A stretch of 63,586 nucleotides of DNA, the filler included, from Asterionella formosa (lineage: Eukaryota), in assembly GCA_002256025.1 (NCBI GenBank). It is 5 parts of 5 records of this genome, joined end to end, with 100 filler letters (N's around TTAATTAATTAA, not from the genome) between each part and the next. Parts side by side here need not be neighbours in the genome. Positions count along the whole stretch, not along the records: positions 28,983 to 57,848 come from NKIB01001125.1; positions 57,949 to 59,762 come from NKIB01001129.1; positions 59,863 to 61,674 come from NKIB01001130.1; positions 61,775 to 63,586 come from NKIB01001131.1; 1 more part is not named here. One strand, given 5' to 3'. Position numbers and translations under genes: made by a program. Of this stretch, positions 51,861 to 63,586 are shown one piece after another. Every line of letters begins with the position of its first letter. The stretch's first letter is position 1. The notes below the pieces were generated by a model. It saw only the letters and a program-made list of their open reading frames with translations. It was not told the origin of the DNA and searched no databases.

Positions 51861-53084
51861 CCATACACATGACTATTGTGTAGCACGTAGTACATATTGT
51901 CTTATGAACCCGCCATTACAAATAACTGACATGGATAACACCTAATATATCAAAGCCCTTGTGAGTCCCCAGTGATTCCTTTGAACTATGGGCTAATATA
52001 GATACAATCACTAAGCTTGTTTTAATCTTATTTTGATCTTTATATTCATAGGGCAATGTCTATGTACATATGGCCAAGTGCTGTTTTACATCTGTTGGCC
52101 ACTCACATATTGGCGGGAAATCGAATACAATATACCACTATCATAATTATAGTACTCTGATAGAATCACTGTCGTTTCATATACTTTCTATGGTTGTTAC
52201 ATTTACATGGACCATACTGCCAGATATTCAACGGTTCCGATCTTCAAAATGAGCATATCATCATTTCCTTCCTTCCCATCACTGCCACTTTTGCGGCTGC
52301 GCAATCCATAATCTAAGGCATGTTACCATTGCTTGTTCTACTGTTATATATCCTACTGTGTATGTATTTATAGAATAGATGGTTGGAACAAGAAAAATGG
52401 GTCCTCATGCTTTTGCATTTTGTTTGAGATAAGCAAAAGCAAAAAGGCGAAAAAGCCCAAATACATTTGTTCAAATGTAGTTGCCAATTCTAATCTTTCT
52501 TTATATAATGTATGCATCGATCTGTACTAGTAGTGTAGAGCAAGCCAGGCAATAGGGTGATTGAGTGAGAGAAATGGCCCTGGAGAATTTTGAAATAAAG
52601 GTTGGTCGCAACTATACTACATGAACGGAGGGAGTTTTATGAATCAATCATACATTGAGCTGATATAGTGTATAGAATTTAGATACATGCATACTATATT
52701 ATTTATTTTATGCAATAAACTACGGCACTGCGTACACAGTTATGCGAAACACGGACAAGGACAGAGCAGAATAGTCGGCGCGCCAAAACCATACCCATTC
52801 AAATTTGGCTGATTGACAAGTCAACTTTTCTTCACCCTGCTTTATACGTATATATATATGTAATATACTCGGAGAATAATTTTGTCCATACAGAGTGTAT
52901 ACCAGTAGTCTACCTAGTACCGGTAGAGCGTGATGTATATAGCGGAACCAGTCGATACCTGGTAGGGGACAATTCACAAAATGGAGCAAAAACCTCCACA
53001 CAATTATTCCGGGAAATTATTGAAAATCAGTTTTGCGAATCCGTCAACGCTCTCCGTCAAGAAATAGGAAGTCATATCTCTAAA

Positions 53085-54883
53085 ATGAAATACATTGTCG
53101 TAACTGGTGGTGTCGTTTCCGGGTTGGGCAAGGGCGTGACGATTTCGTCAATGGGCCGGTTGCTGCAAGCAGCTGGTCTCACAGTCACTGCCATCAAGAT
53201 TGATCCATATCTCAATGTCGACGCTGGTACCATGAGTCCGTTTGAGCACGGTGAAGTCTTTGTTCTTGGCGACGGGGGCGAAGCTGATTTGGATTTAGGA
53301 AATTACGAGAGATTCCTGAACGTTTCATTGACTTCCGATCACAATATTACGACTGGAAAGGTCTATCGCAACGTTATTCTGAAGGAACGGCGTGGAGACT
53401 ACCTGGGAAAAACAGTACAAGTGGTACCTCATGTTACGAACGAAATACAAGAATGGCTGGAACGGGTCAGCAAAATTCCTGTCAATCCAGATGGAAGGGT
53501 TGCCGATGTTTGTTTGGTGGAAGTGGGAGGCACGGTTGGTGATATCGAATCGTCAGTCTTTCTTGAGGCTCTGCGTCAGTTTCAATTCAGGGTCGGAAAC
53601 GAAAACTTTGTCTTGTGCTTTGTCTCTCTTGTTCCTATTCTTTCAGACGAGCAGAAAACCAAGCCAACACAACATGGTGTCAAGGCCTTGCGGAGCTTGG
53701 GTCTTTCGCCTCATGTCATTTTTTGTCGATGCCCTCAACCTCTCGAGGATGACACCAAGATCAAAATTTCCAGCTTTTGTCATGTCCCACCCGAAGCTGT
53801 CTTATCTGTCCACGATGTCACCAACGTATACCATGTGCCTTCGTTGTTGCAAAAGCAAAATCTACACGAGCTGGTGGCCAAACAACTTATGATTCAGCTC
53901 GAGGAGCCACAACTAGGTGCTTGGCAAATCATGGCTTCGTCATTGGAATCATTTACCAAAATAGTCAAGATTGCTCTTATTGGAAAGTATAACGGTCTTC
54001 AAGATTCATATTTGTCTGTTTTGAAATCACTCCAGCATGCTTCCATTGAATGTCAACATGGTTTACAAGTACAATGGGTCGAAGCGACAAATCTTGAGAG
54101 ATTGGACGAGAATGGTGACGACAAAAGCGAGTCAGAGGAATATAAAGTTGCTTGGGATATGGTGAAGGACTCGGACGGTATTATTGTGCCTGGAGGTTTT
54201 GGAAATCGGTAAGTTATGCTTTCGAACGGTCATTTGGCTGTGCGTAGGTATCAGTGCTCGTCAGTTATGCTAACTTTTTCGATTTATATTTATCTTACTG
54301 TAGTGGCTTTCTTGGGAAGGTTCTTGCAGCTGAATACTGTCGTAAAAATCACAAGCCTTACTTGGGAGTCTGTCTAGGGTTTCAAGCCATGGTTGTTGAG
54401 TTTTCTCGCAACGTGCTCAAGTGGAAGGACGCCAACTCAACAGAATTCAACGAGGACGCCACTCATCCTGTCGTCATTTTCATGCCTGAAATCGACAAGG
54501 CTACGATGGGTGGTACGATGCGACTGGGAAGTAGGATCACAAAGTTCACTCACAAGCACAATGATGGGACCACGTCTACTACTCAGCAGATGTACAACAA
54601 CGAGGTGGAGGTTTCCGAGCGTCATCGTCACAGATATGAGGTAAACCCAGAAATGGTGAACGATATTCACGCAGCTGGGCTCAAGTTTGTTGGTCGTGAT
54701 GAAACAGGAACTCGCATGGAAGTAGCCGAGTTGCCTCGCTCCGAGCATCCTTATTATGTGGGTTGCCAATATCATCCCGAATTCAAGTCACGACCCCTTC
54801 ATCCAAGTCCACCTTTTCACGGGCTCCTTTTGGCCGCAACGGGTCAATTGGATAGTTATTTGGAATCTCAGCATAGCAATTAG
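53085..54883 (+). CDS. CTPS: CTP synthase (~567 aa), 2 exons
   Basis: [38 protein letters not shown], intron 54209-54303 within [10 protein letters not shown], and the glutaminase triad motifs GVCLG and QYHPEF. Confidence 0.98.
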
Positions 54884-55435
54884 AGGACAGATGTCTGATT
54901 TGGAAAAACACAGAGGATAGGTGAATGTTGAAGCCTCAAAACAAATTATTTGTCTTGGGGCGAAATGGGAGCAGCCATGGCTCGACACACACGCGTGGTA
55001 CAATAAATTAAGAATTCTGTATGCGAGTGTGAAACGAAATGAGGTAGTAGCACTTATCTAACCCTTCGCTCAGTAAGCTACGCGTGAATGAAAGGCAAGA
55101 TTGCTGAGGATAACGGTCTATAGATTCTTCGACATGCATAAAACGCAGGTTGGTCGCTGTCAGCCCTACTCACACTTTAATTGGACGACAGGTGTCCTTC
55201 AGCTGATATACGCCAGTTTCTTAGTCGACTTGACATTACCTTAAACACATCGCCTCTGCCAAACTGACTCTGGTTGTACATTGTTGGCATGTATTCCTTC
55301 GTCTGTCCATGTACATAGAGAACCATCAGGTATAATTACACTACAGTATGATATAAATTCACCAAACGCTTTCCATACATATATCATGCGAATTTCTAAT
55401 TTTAAATTAACCCGTTGTCGCCGAGGGGTACGCAG

Positions 55436-57811
55436 TTAAAGATCAGGAACCTCAGCAGTGTAATGCGCAATTTGGTAAAGCTTTGTAACGAAATTGACAG
55501 ACAGGACAAGAGCGAGGGCCCCACCCAATACAAGAGGACCACGGGGATCATCCCAGCGCCCTGGAATGCGGGTCTTAATGCGATCTGCGCGCCACAAGAA
55601 AAGATGGAGGGCGTAAATGCAAAAGCACATGGAAAGCACCATCAAAATCATTGCATAATACATGGACCAGTTGCCTTCATCTTCTTCCGCCGAAAATGCC
55701 AAGATACCCGATGCGACACTGGAAAGGATGATTCCATGATGTAGCCAATGCAAGAAGGTACGCTCATTCGCGAAAAAGACCTTCGGTTCAATCTTCTGAA
55801 CTGACGTGGGAGCCATGGCAGGTTCAGAAAACATATTATCACGAGAACAGAAAGGGAACAACCACCCCATACATGTGTCCTCGCCGAAACAGTCACCCTC
55901 CATAGTCTCACGCAAGACCTCTTCATCCTCCAGATCTGCTTCATCGTAAAAACGGGTGCCGTAATTTTTAAGCTGGCCCATGTCGGTCGTAGCGTTTACA
56001 ATACCCGCATTGGCAAGCGCAGAAGTTGAGGCTCGGCCAATAGCTGTCTCTGTCCGGTCGTCGGCAGTGGAACCAAAAGGTAATAAATGAGTGTAAATCT
56101 CATTGGCTCCTTTTCCAACTCCTTGGCTAATATCAACCAATATTCTCTGCCCTTCAGAATCAATAATAGACTGCCGAACCGATGCATCGTCAATCCAGTA
56201 TGGAACAGAACGAACATCTTCAGGCAACAAAACCGCACAGCCATGGATGAACTTTGAGAACTTATGGACTTCGTACAGCATACCCGAGTTTTGAAGGTCA
56301 GTCACCCATTTAGGGGCAACCAAATTGCTTCCCTTGAGCTCTAACTTCACTTCCAAAACAGCGTGTGGAAAGCGAGTAATTTCGCTGGCTGCAAGCAATT
56401 CCGACGGATCTCTGTGCCAATTCTTCATATTTTGGAGATCGTAACCACGCTCCGAGATCATGCAAAGGTTAGTATCGAGTGAGATTCGTACAGTCGCATC
56501 AAAAGGGATTTGAAAGGCAGTTCGCATGTATTGGGTGCGCATAGTTGGGACGAGTTGCTTGGACGAGATGACCTGAGTAATTTCACGAGACAAGGTTTCC
56601 CATTCGTCGGCTTCTTTTTGGGACTTCCCTTTTCCGAGCATTTTCAACTTTTTGCCTTCAACATCATAAGCATTAGTCATCACGGCTTGGACCTCCGATT
56701 CGTCAATCTTTTGAGTAAGGAATTGAATTGTGTAAGTTTATTTCTCATCCACAAAATGAGGAAACTTCGCTTGTTCCTCCACTTTGTTTGTACTTACAAT
56801 AAACCTTTCCTTGACACTAACTTCACCAACCCACTTTTCCCGATGTGTCTTTCTCTCGACGAATATGAGCGACGGATCGCCAGCTCCATACCATCGAAGG
56901 CGAAGCGCAATGGCGCCAGGAGACTTTTCCAAACGCCCATGGTATAACTCGAGCTGATCGTTATCCAAGTACACCGAATTGGTCATTTGTGAATCTGACT
57001 CTCCGGTGGACGTCTTTTGCAAGAAAACAGGAAGGTGACGAAGGATAGAGTACTTGACCTTCGAGACGTCTTCCGTCTTGATCCAATACTTGGTTGTGGA
57101 ACGCAAGAAGGATTGTGATTCGTCTTCGTTTTCCTGCGCCGCTTGGTCATTCCGCAACGTCGAGTAAATACTGGAGAGCCGAACAACCACGTCGGAATAG
57201 TCTCCCCGAACCCAGGCCTGAGCATGCATTCGAGCTACATAAAAAGCTTTGCAGGGGTTCGAAGGGACGTGCTTATCGTGCTTCTTGAGAATCTTGTGGA
57301 ATCCCATAAAATTGATGTTGACGTACTTTTCAAGCCGTAAGAAGGCTTGAGCTAATCGGTCAGTTCCTTCGCGAACCGCTTCAACTGCCGTTTCATTGTC
57401 CAAATCGAGTTTATTGAGGGCTTGTTCGATGGAACCAATATCTTTCCGAAGTTCAGTTACCTGCTTCAGAGTGAACACTTCCACTTTGGCCATTTCGGCA
57501 TCTACGCTGTTGAAAAACGCTTCCGCGGTCACAGCGGTCTTGTCATCTTGCGCGACGCCACGGGCGTTGGTCGGAGGCGGAGTCGTCAACGATACTTGGC
57601 GATTCGTCAAGTCGGCGCTGGTGCGTGGATGCAACGGGTGAGCGAACGATCGACGGTGGTCCTTTGCACCATTCATCGCTTTGATGTCTTACTTTACAGG
57701 TGCAATATCCGAAAGCTCTCTGATAATATCATCCAGTTTGTCGTAGTCTAGATATGGCTCAGGGCCATATTCAGGAGCAACGTTCTCCTTCAAATGCTCG
57801 CCGTATTTCAT
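55436..57811 (-). CDS. VTC4: Vacuolar transporter chaperone polyphosphate polymerase (SPX-VTC-DUF202, ~736 aa), 3 exons
   Basis: Exon 1 (57811-57693, MKYGEHL..., SPX start) is missed by the ORF track. Introns 57692-57618 and 56797-56708. Motifs GFHKILKKHDK, TTKYW, LRLRWYG, ERKTH, VLEVKL, KFSKFIHG and EPKVFFANERTFLHW, plus 3 TM helices. Confidence 0.95.
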
Positions 57812-57948
57812 TGTTTTCAAGGTCTTGAATAGTGGCTAATGGGTTTGGNNNNNNNNNNNNNNNNNNNNNNNNNNNNNNNNNNNNNNNNNNNNTTAATTAA
57901 TTAANNNNNNNNNNNNNNNNNNNNNNNNNNNNNNNNNNNNNNNNNNNN

Positions 57949-59762
57949 GAACTTATCGTTTGCACAGTTAGAAGGAAAATGTTACTGCTGCGGAAAAGCA
58001 GGTCACAAATCTCCTTCGTGCCGAGACAAGAATAAACCCAAAGAGGAATGGGCTATCAACAAGGCCCAAAGCCATGCACAGGCACAGGCTACTAATACAT
58101 CCGACACGAGTACAGTTACCTCTGTTAATTCCAACAACCCGCCGTCATCACAAGCTTCACAACAAGCAAATGCCAATCAATTTGGATGGACGGGAGCTCA
58201 TATGAAACTACAATTTTACCAAGCATCTGAGATGCGTGACTGGATACTATTGGATAATCAATCAAGTGTCACAGTCTTTTGCAATCCAAAAATGGTTAAT
58301 AACATTCGAATGTCAACCAACGGAAGCATGCACCTGGCCACAAATGGTGGATCCATGGTAACTAATATGAAGGCTGATCTTCCAGAATGGGGAGAAGTAT
58401 GGTTTAATGAAAAGGCTATCACAAACATCTTCAGTTATGCCGAAATGGCAGATAGGTACAGAATTACCTATGACTCTGGGATGAACTTATATGTTTTCAA
58501 GCCAACTACAAGAATTAGAGCGGAGAATGCTCAAATGTTAAATACACTTGAAGAAAACAAAACATTTTACACTGAACGTCAATTTCAGAGAGCTAAGCAA
58601 GCTCATGATCTATTTCATGCCTTGGGTACACCATCAATTAATGATTTCAAGGCAATAATTCGTATGAATACGATCAACAATAATCCAGTGACTACCGATG
58701 ATATCAAAATTGCAGAGAAAATTTTTGGACCTGACATCGGAACACTAAAAGGCAAGACAACTCGTCGCAAGCCGCTGCCAGTCGTGAACGACTACATCGA
58801 GATTCCTAAGGAGCTTATCCAAGCTCAACGTGAAGTGACTCTTTGCATGGATGGAATGAAAGTCAATGGACAATCATTTCTCACAACAATTTCTCGAAAC
58901 ATTATGTATAGGACAGCACAATGGGTCAAGAATCAGACAGCTGAAGTCTATCAAGATGCTTTGATTCAGGTATTCCGTGTTTATAATACCGGAGGATTTA
59001 AAATTACAACAATCCACTGTGACAACGAGTTTCGACCTTTGATGGAACAAATTTCCAATGAATTTCAAGTCACTATGAACTACGCAAACCCACAAGAACA
59101 TGTTCCCGAAGCGGAGCGAAATAATCGAGTGATTAAAGAACGCGTGCGCGCAGCTTATCATCGATTACCTTTCAAACATTTGCCGCGACTGATGATTAAG
59201 ATTCTAGTGACAGAATCTGCAAGGAAACTGAATTTCTTTCCGGCAAAGAACGGGATATCCCCGTATTACAGTCCTCGTATGATTTTACATCAACGAAACC
59301 TGGACTATGCTCGACATTGCCAGTATACATTTGGCACTTATGTCCAAGCACATGAAGAACCTGTGTTTTCAAACACAAATGCACCTCGCAGCCTAGATTG
59401 CATTTTTCTATGCTACAATGACAATGTGCAAGGAGGTCATGAATTGTTACACCTACCTACAAATTCATTGATCACTAGACGAACAATTACTCCTCTACCA
59501 CTTACCCCAGCAATCATGAATCAAGTACACGCCCTTGCTGTGCAGGAAAATATGCCAGATGGTCTCAAGATAGCAAATCGAACGGGGCAACTATTTTATG
59601 ATAGTGCTTGGATTTCAGGAGTGGATTATGATAATGAAGCATTTGAAGATGCACAAGATGAAGATTATGAAGATCAAGATGCTAGTGACAACGAAAGCAA
59701 TGATGAAATTCTCGGAGAAGAAGACTATGATGAAATGACTCCGGATGAAATATATGAAGCAG
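57949..59762 (+). mobile_element. Ty1/Copia gag-pol fragment (zinc knuckle, protease, integrase); open frame across the whole contig
   Basis: The frame is open from 57950: CYCCGKAGHKSPSC, WILLDNQSS, LGTPSINDF, LKGKTTR, CMDGMKV, HCDNEF and HVPEAERNNRVIKER. Gaps on both sides. Confidence 0.92.
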
Positions 59763-62454
59763 NNNNNNNNNNNNNNNNNNNNNNNNNNNNNNNNNNNNNN
59801 NNNNNNTTAATTAATTAANNNNNNNNNNNNNNNNNNNNNNNNNNNNNNNNNNNNNNNNNNNNCATGAGTAATCTATACTTAGTCAGTCTCAAAGTCAGCA
59901 TTGAACTTGAAATAAATAAACTAAGAGTGGACTATAATCCCCGATGTCTTGCACATCATGGGTACTCTGGCTAGGTGACTAGAAAGGTTCACAATGACAT
60001 ACAGGGCTCACATCATCATTTTTTCAAGCCCAGCTCAACCAAGCGATCGAAAATAGATTAAAAAAACTTTTTAGCTCACTCGTTTTAATCGTTCAACTCT
60101 GTTTGTTACCTCTGAAATTGTTTAGGATTGATCGCCTTGATAGCATATGGCTGATATTTCCATTTTGGGTTGCTTTTGTTATTTGTTGCAGCAAAAGCAA
60201 CTTTGTCAGGAACACTGCCCAACGCTGACCACCACGATATATGCGACCCTCATTCCAACAATATCATCTCAGCAGGAGCATTCATTTCAACTTGTATGTG
60301 TTAATGATTACTTAGAGATCCTGTTTTGACAATTTACCATTGTTCAATTGTCAAAACTCATGATTTTTCTGCATACACATCATCTTGCAGAATTGTCCAA
60401 GTCTTTCTTTAGCATTTGCTGGATTGTCAGTTCTTAGCAGAAAACCCACTGTTTTTTGGGTTAGTGCATTGGTCCATACACTCCGTCTCAGGATAATGGC
60501 CAAGGAAACGAGAAAACAACTGCCTTTTGACAGGGATGCAATCAATGAGAACCTGGCTTGGCGCATCCCTCTCGTCCTTAGAATTTGCGTTCAATACAGA
60601 TGCAGCTTGGCCATCAGAGCGACAAGGAACCGAATATTTGCAGTTGGTTTCTTGTTAGTTGGAAGCAATTGCCAATTTGGCTGACCACTTGGAACTGACA
60701 GACACAACACACACACACATACAGGCAGCTTATATCATTGATGAATTGGATATTTTATACTTGAATGAGAAAAGGATGACCATCATGATTGAACTCTTGC
60801 TAAATGTGAGTCTCTAGAGGCTGCCTTACTTGTAATGTTTCCCTTGTCTTGTCTGCAGACTTGTTCTGTTTTATGGCCTTTTTGATGACAAGGTCATTGA
60901 CAGGCACAACCATACCTTGTTGGATTTCCACTGTGGGTGGTTATTACATTCCAAGTGAAAAGACAATGTGGCATAAAGTACTACAATGCCTTTTTTGCAG
61001 TGATAGTTAATGGAATAATACTGGCCAAGTGTTTGGTTATCATCCTTGTTTTCCCCATGCTCCTCTACACTAAACTCACAACTTGTAGTACTATCATTGG
61101 CTATTTGCCATAACCTCTGTACAACATCATGGAAATAAGTACATTTTAGTAAGCATGGGAATGTGTTAGTTCATTTACTCTCCTGGTCAACATTGCTTGT
61201 TGCCATGCTGATGTTTAATTGTACTGATGTTTAAGTTTATTTTAATTTATGATGTTTTACCAGTACTAGTATAATCCCTCAACATAACACAACACAGCCA
61301 GTGCACCAGGTACACAGGTACAGGTACGAGTCGTGCCCAAAAGTACTCACCAGCTACACATGCCTGGTACCAGGGAAGGGTACAAGGTACCCCTGGTACA
61401 GTACTGTTATTGGTAAAATTCAACCCAAGTTGTATTTTTCTGTAGACCCCTGGTATTGTCCTACTCGGGACATGATGGTACCTTGACAGTATTGACAACA
61501 TTTTACCGTGGTAAAATTAGGTACTGACCTCCAAGAATTTCAACCCGGTTGCATTGGCGGTTGAATTTTTCCTCTTCTTTTGGTTGAATTTTCAACTCAG
61601 ATTAGTCGTATATTGTTGTAACCTCTTGGGAAATTCAACCACTGCACCATCATAAATCAATCTTATTTGTCCATNNNNNNNNNNNNNNNNNNNNNNNNNN
61701 NNNNNNNNNNNNNNNNNNTTAATTAATTAANNNNNNNNNNNNNNNNNNNNNNNNNNNNNNNNNNNNNNNNNNNNCAGCACTGCAACGACAGTAAATATCA
61801 TGGATCTGTGTGACAATAACGACGAGGACAAATGTAAATTCTGTGGTAAAGGTCCTTGTAAATCAATTCGTGGTCATCACAGACACAGCCCCTCGTGTGG
61901 GTAACAATATATGATTCAATCTCAGATTCAAGCATCGCAGACATCATCAATGGTAGCGACTTCTCGAAGAGATGGACGACACCACTCTCAAGACCCCCTT
62001 GCAAAATTCCTGAAACAATCGCCAGCAGCCATTGATTTCGTTCAAACAGTTTGTTTTGATGCCGATGACTATGATAATGGTTTATTCCTTGATAGTTTAG
62101 TAGATCATGATGCTGCTGCTATTAATGGTCCAATCATTCAGAACGGAGAAATAAACGACATTATAAACCCTACCAACTTCCGATTTTGCGCACAAAGTAT
62201 ATCCGTTTCGTCCACTTCAGCATGACAATCTCGCCAATCAACCCGTAAACAAACACATTCTACTTGTTCTCGTTGAAATTTTCAATTCTCACATGATACT
62301 ACATCTACTATTTCGATTCAGCATAGAAGGAGATACGAAAATGTGCGTAACAGACTACTGTCCACATAGCTATAGTTATAGAATGATTCTGATTAGAACT
62401 CATTTCTTTTTCATATCACTCGCTCGTTTCTGCATTTGGTATACTGTACTTGAA

Positions 62455-62905
62455 TTAAATATTGAACTTGTCCGCATCTTTGATACCAACAAGCAAGAGA
62501 GCGAAAGCAAGTGGCTCTTTTCATTGTTGTTTGCTCGTAGGAAGAATTTGATATCTGTATCGTCATTTGCTTGTTGGAATTGTCCGTTGCCTCAAACTTG
62601 CTTGGCGTGTGCGTGCACACACTGTCGACTTGTTTTCAATGGTATGTTGTTCTTTGTATTCACTGTTGAACTTGTCCGCATCTTTTTTAACATCAATAGA
62701 GCGACAAGTGGGTCTCTTCATTGTTGTTTGCTCCTGAAAAAGTCGGTGTCCGTGTCCGTGTCATCCTCATCAATAGAGAGACAAGTTCTTTCGTTGGAAA
62801 AATTAGTACCGTATCATCATTTGCTCGTTCGAACCACTGTCCATTGCCTCAAACCTGATTAGCGTTTGAGTACTGGTACCCGGTATGTGCACTGTCGACT
62901 TTAGT
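62455..62905. repeat. Diverged tandem duplication (~205-240-bp units)
   Basis: TTGAACTTGTCCGCATCTTT occurs at ~62462 and ~62666. TTCATTGTTGTTTGCTC, TTGCCTCAAAC and CACTGTCGACTT also occur in both copies in the same order. Confidence 0.75.
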
Positions 62906-63409
62906 ACATTACAGGTGGAGTGACTTTGCTACTTACTTGCGTGATATAATAACATACCCTGTAGCACGATGCAGAATACAGTTGCTTCCCAATCATCTCA
63001 TCATGATTGAATAAAGTACATCACATAGCTATGATACATTGATCCTAAAAATATGATGATTTTATAGAATGTTTATGATATAATTTTGATCAAAATATGA
63101 TCATTTAAAAATAGTACAATGACAATAAAATACGATAAAATATGTACGCAAGTGTTATCGATACATCACAGAATATAAATCAAGCAATCATAAAGTGTGT
63201 TAATTAATATATATGTTTGTCGTTTAATATATACAGTTAAAGTCAACAGTTAATATGATAGTATTATACAGTGGATAGGATCTAAGTATACGGATGCGTT
63301 GATATGTACATCACTATAATATGATTTGTGATATGGATTGATGCATATCACATACCGGTATCCTCAACAACCAGCCATCACGTTCATTGTCGTGTCGTCT
63401 TTCCTTGTT

Positions 63410-63586
63410 TTAGCTATATATATGCTCAGATCCGTTCCATTGCAAATCTTCCTTCAATAGGTCAAACTCGTCATGCTTGAGCATTTGCCTTCCAGTGGCA
63501 TCGTAGGACTGAAGCGCGTCCAGAAAGATACGCTCCTTTTCGGCTACTGTGAGACGAATGAGTTCCCCACTTTCCGGATCGACGAC
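63410..63586 (-). pseudogene. PGRL1: PGRL1-like fragment, apparently truncated; continues beyond the window edge
   Basis: The minus strand reads VVDPESGELIRLTVAEKERIFLDALQSYDATGRQMLKHDEFDLLKEDLQWNGSEHIYS*, resembling the PGRL1 block EQEFLQALQSFYYDGK...EEFDNLKEELMWEGS. Confidence 0.7.

Noticed and set aside
59863..62230. Short ORFs on small contigs between linker gaps
   Set aside because: No recognisable domains and many stops. By eye I saw no Fanzor/TnpB-like RuvC motifs here or in other unassigned regions.

Overview
Eukaryotic nuclear scaffold from a photosynthetic stramenopile, very probably a diatom. This rests on short GT-AG introns of 63-106 nt, an ASA-F/Y-type bipartite plastid presequence and diatom-type transposon families. 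Twelve apparently complete protein genes were found: a TM RING-H2 ligase, an SLC38/AAAP amino-acid transporter, an unknown ~606-aa membrane protein, YIF1, RPL18, proteasome alpha-7, a TALE homeodomain factor, an HHL1-like plastid protein, a Kelch-U-box ligase, an LMBR1 protein, CTP synthase and the polyphosphate polymerase VTC4. There is also a truncated PGRL1-like fragment at the right edge and two identical tRNA-Gly(GCC) genes in convergent orientation. Between the genes lie many decayed mobile elements: PIF/Harbinger, a diatom LINE with RNase H, Plavaka-like, pogo and three Copia pieces. A ~190-bp tandem array abuts the LINE 3' end, and recurring GGTACC-rich patches lie mostly upstream of genes. 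Several N-gaps carry an artificial TTAATTAATTAA linker, so adjacency across them is not guaranteed. All family calls come from motif recognition by eye; no database search was run. I found no clearly new multi-gene system; the best leads are listed as findings.
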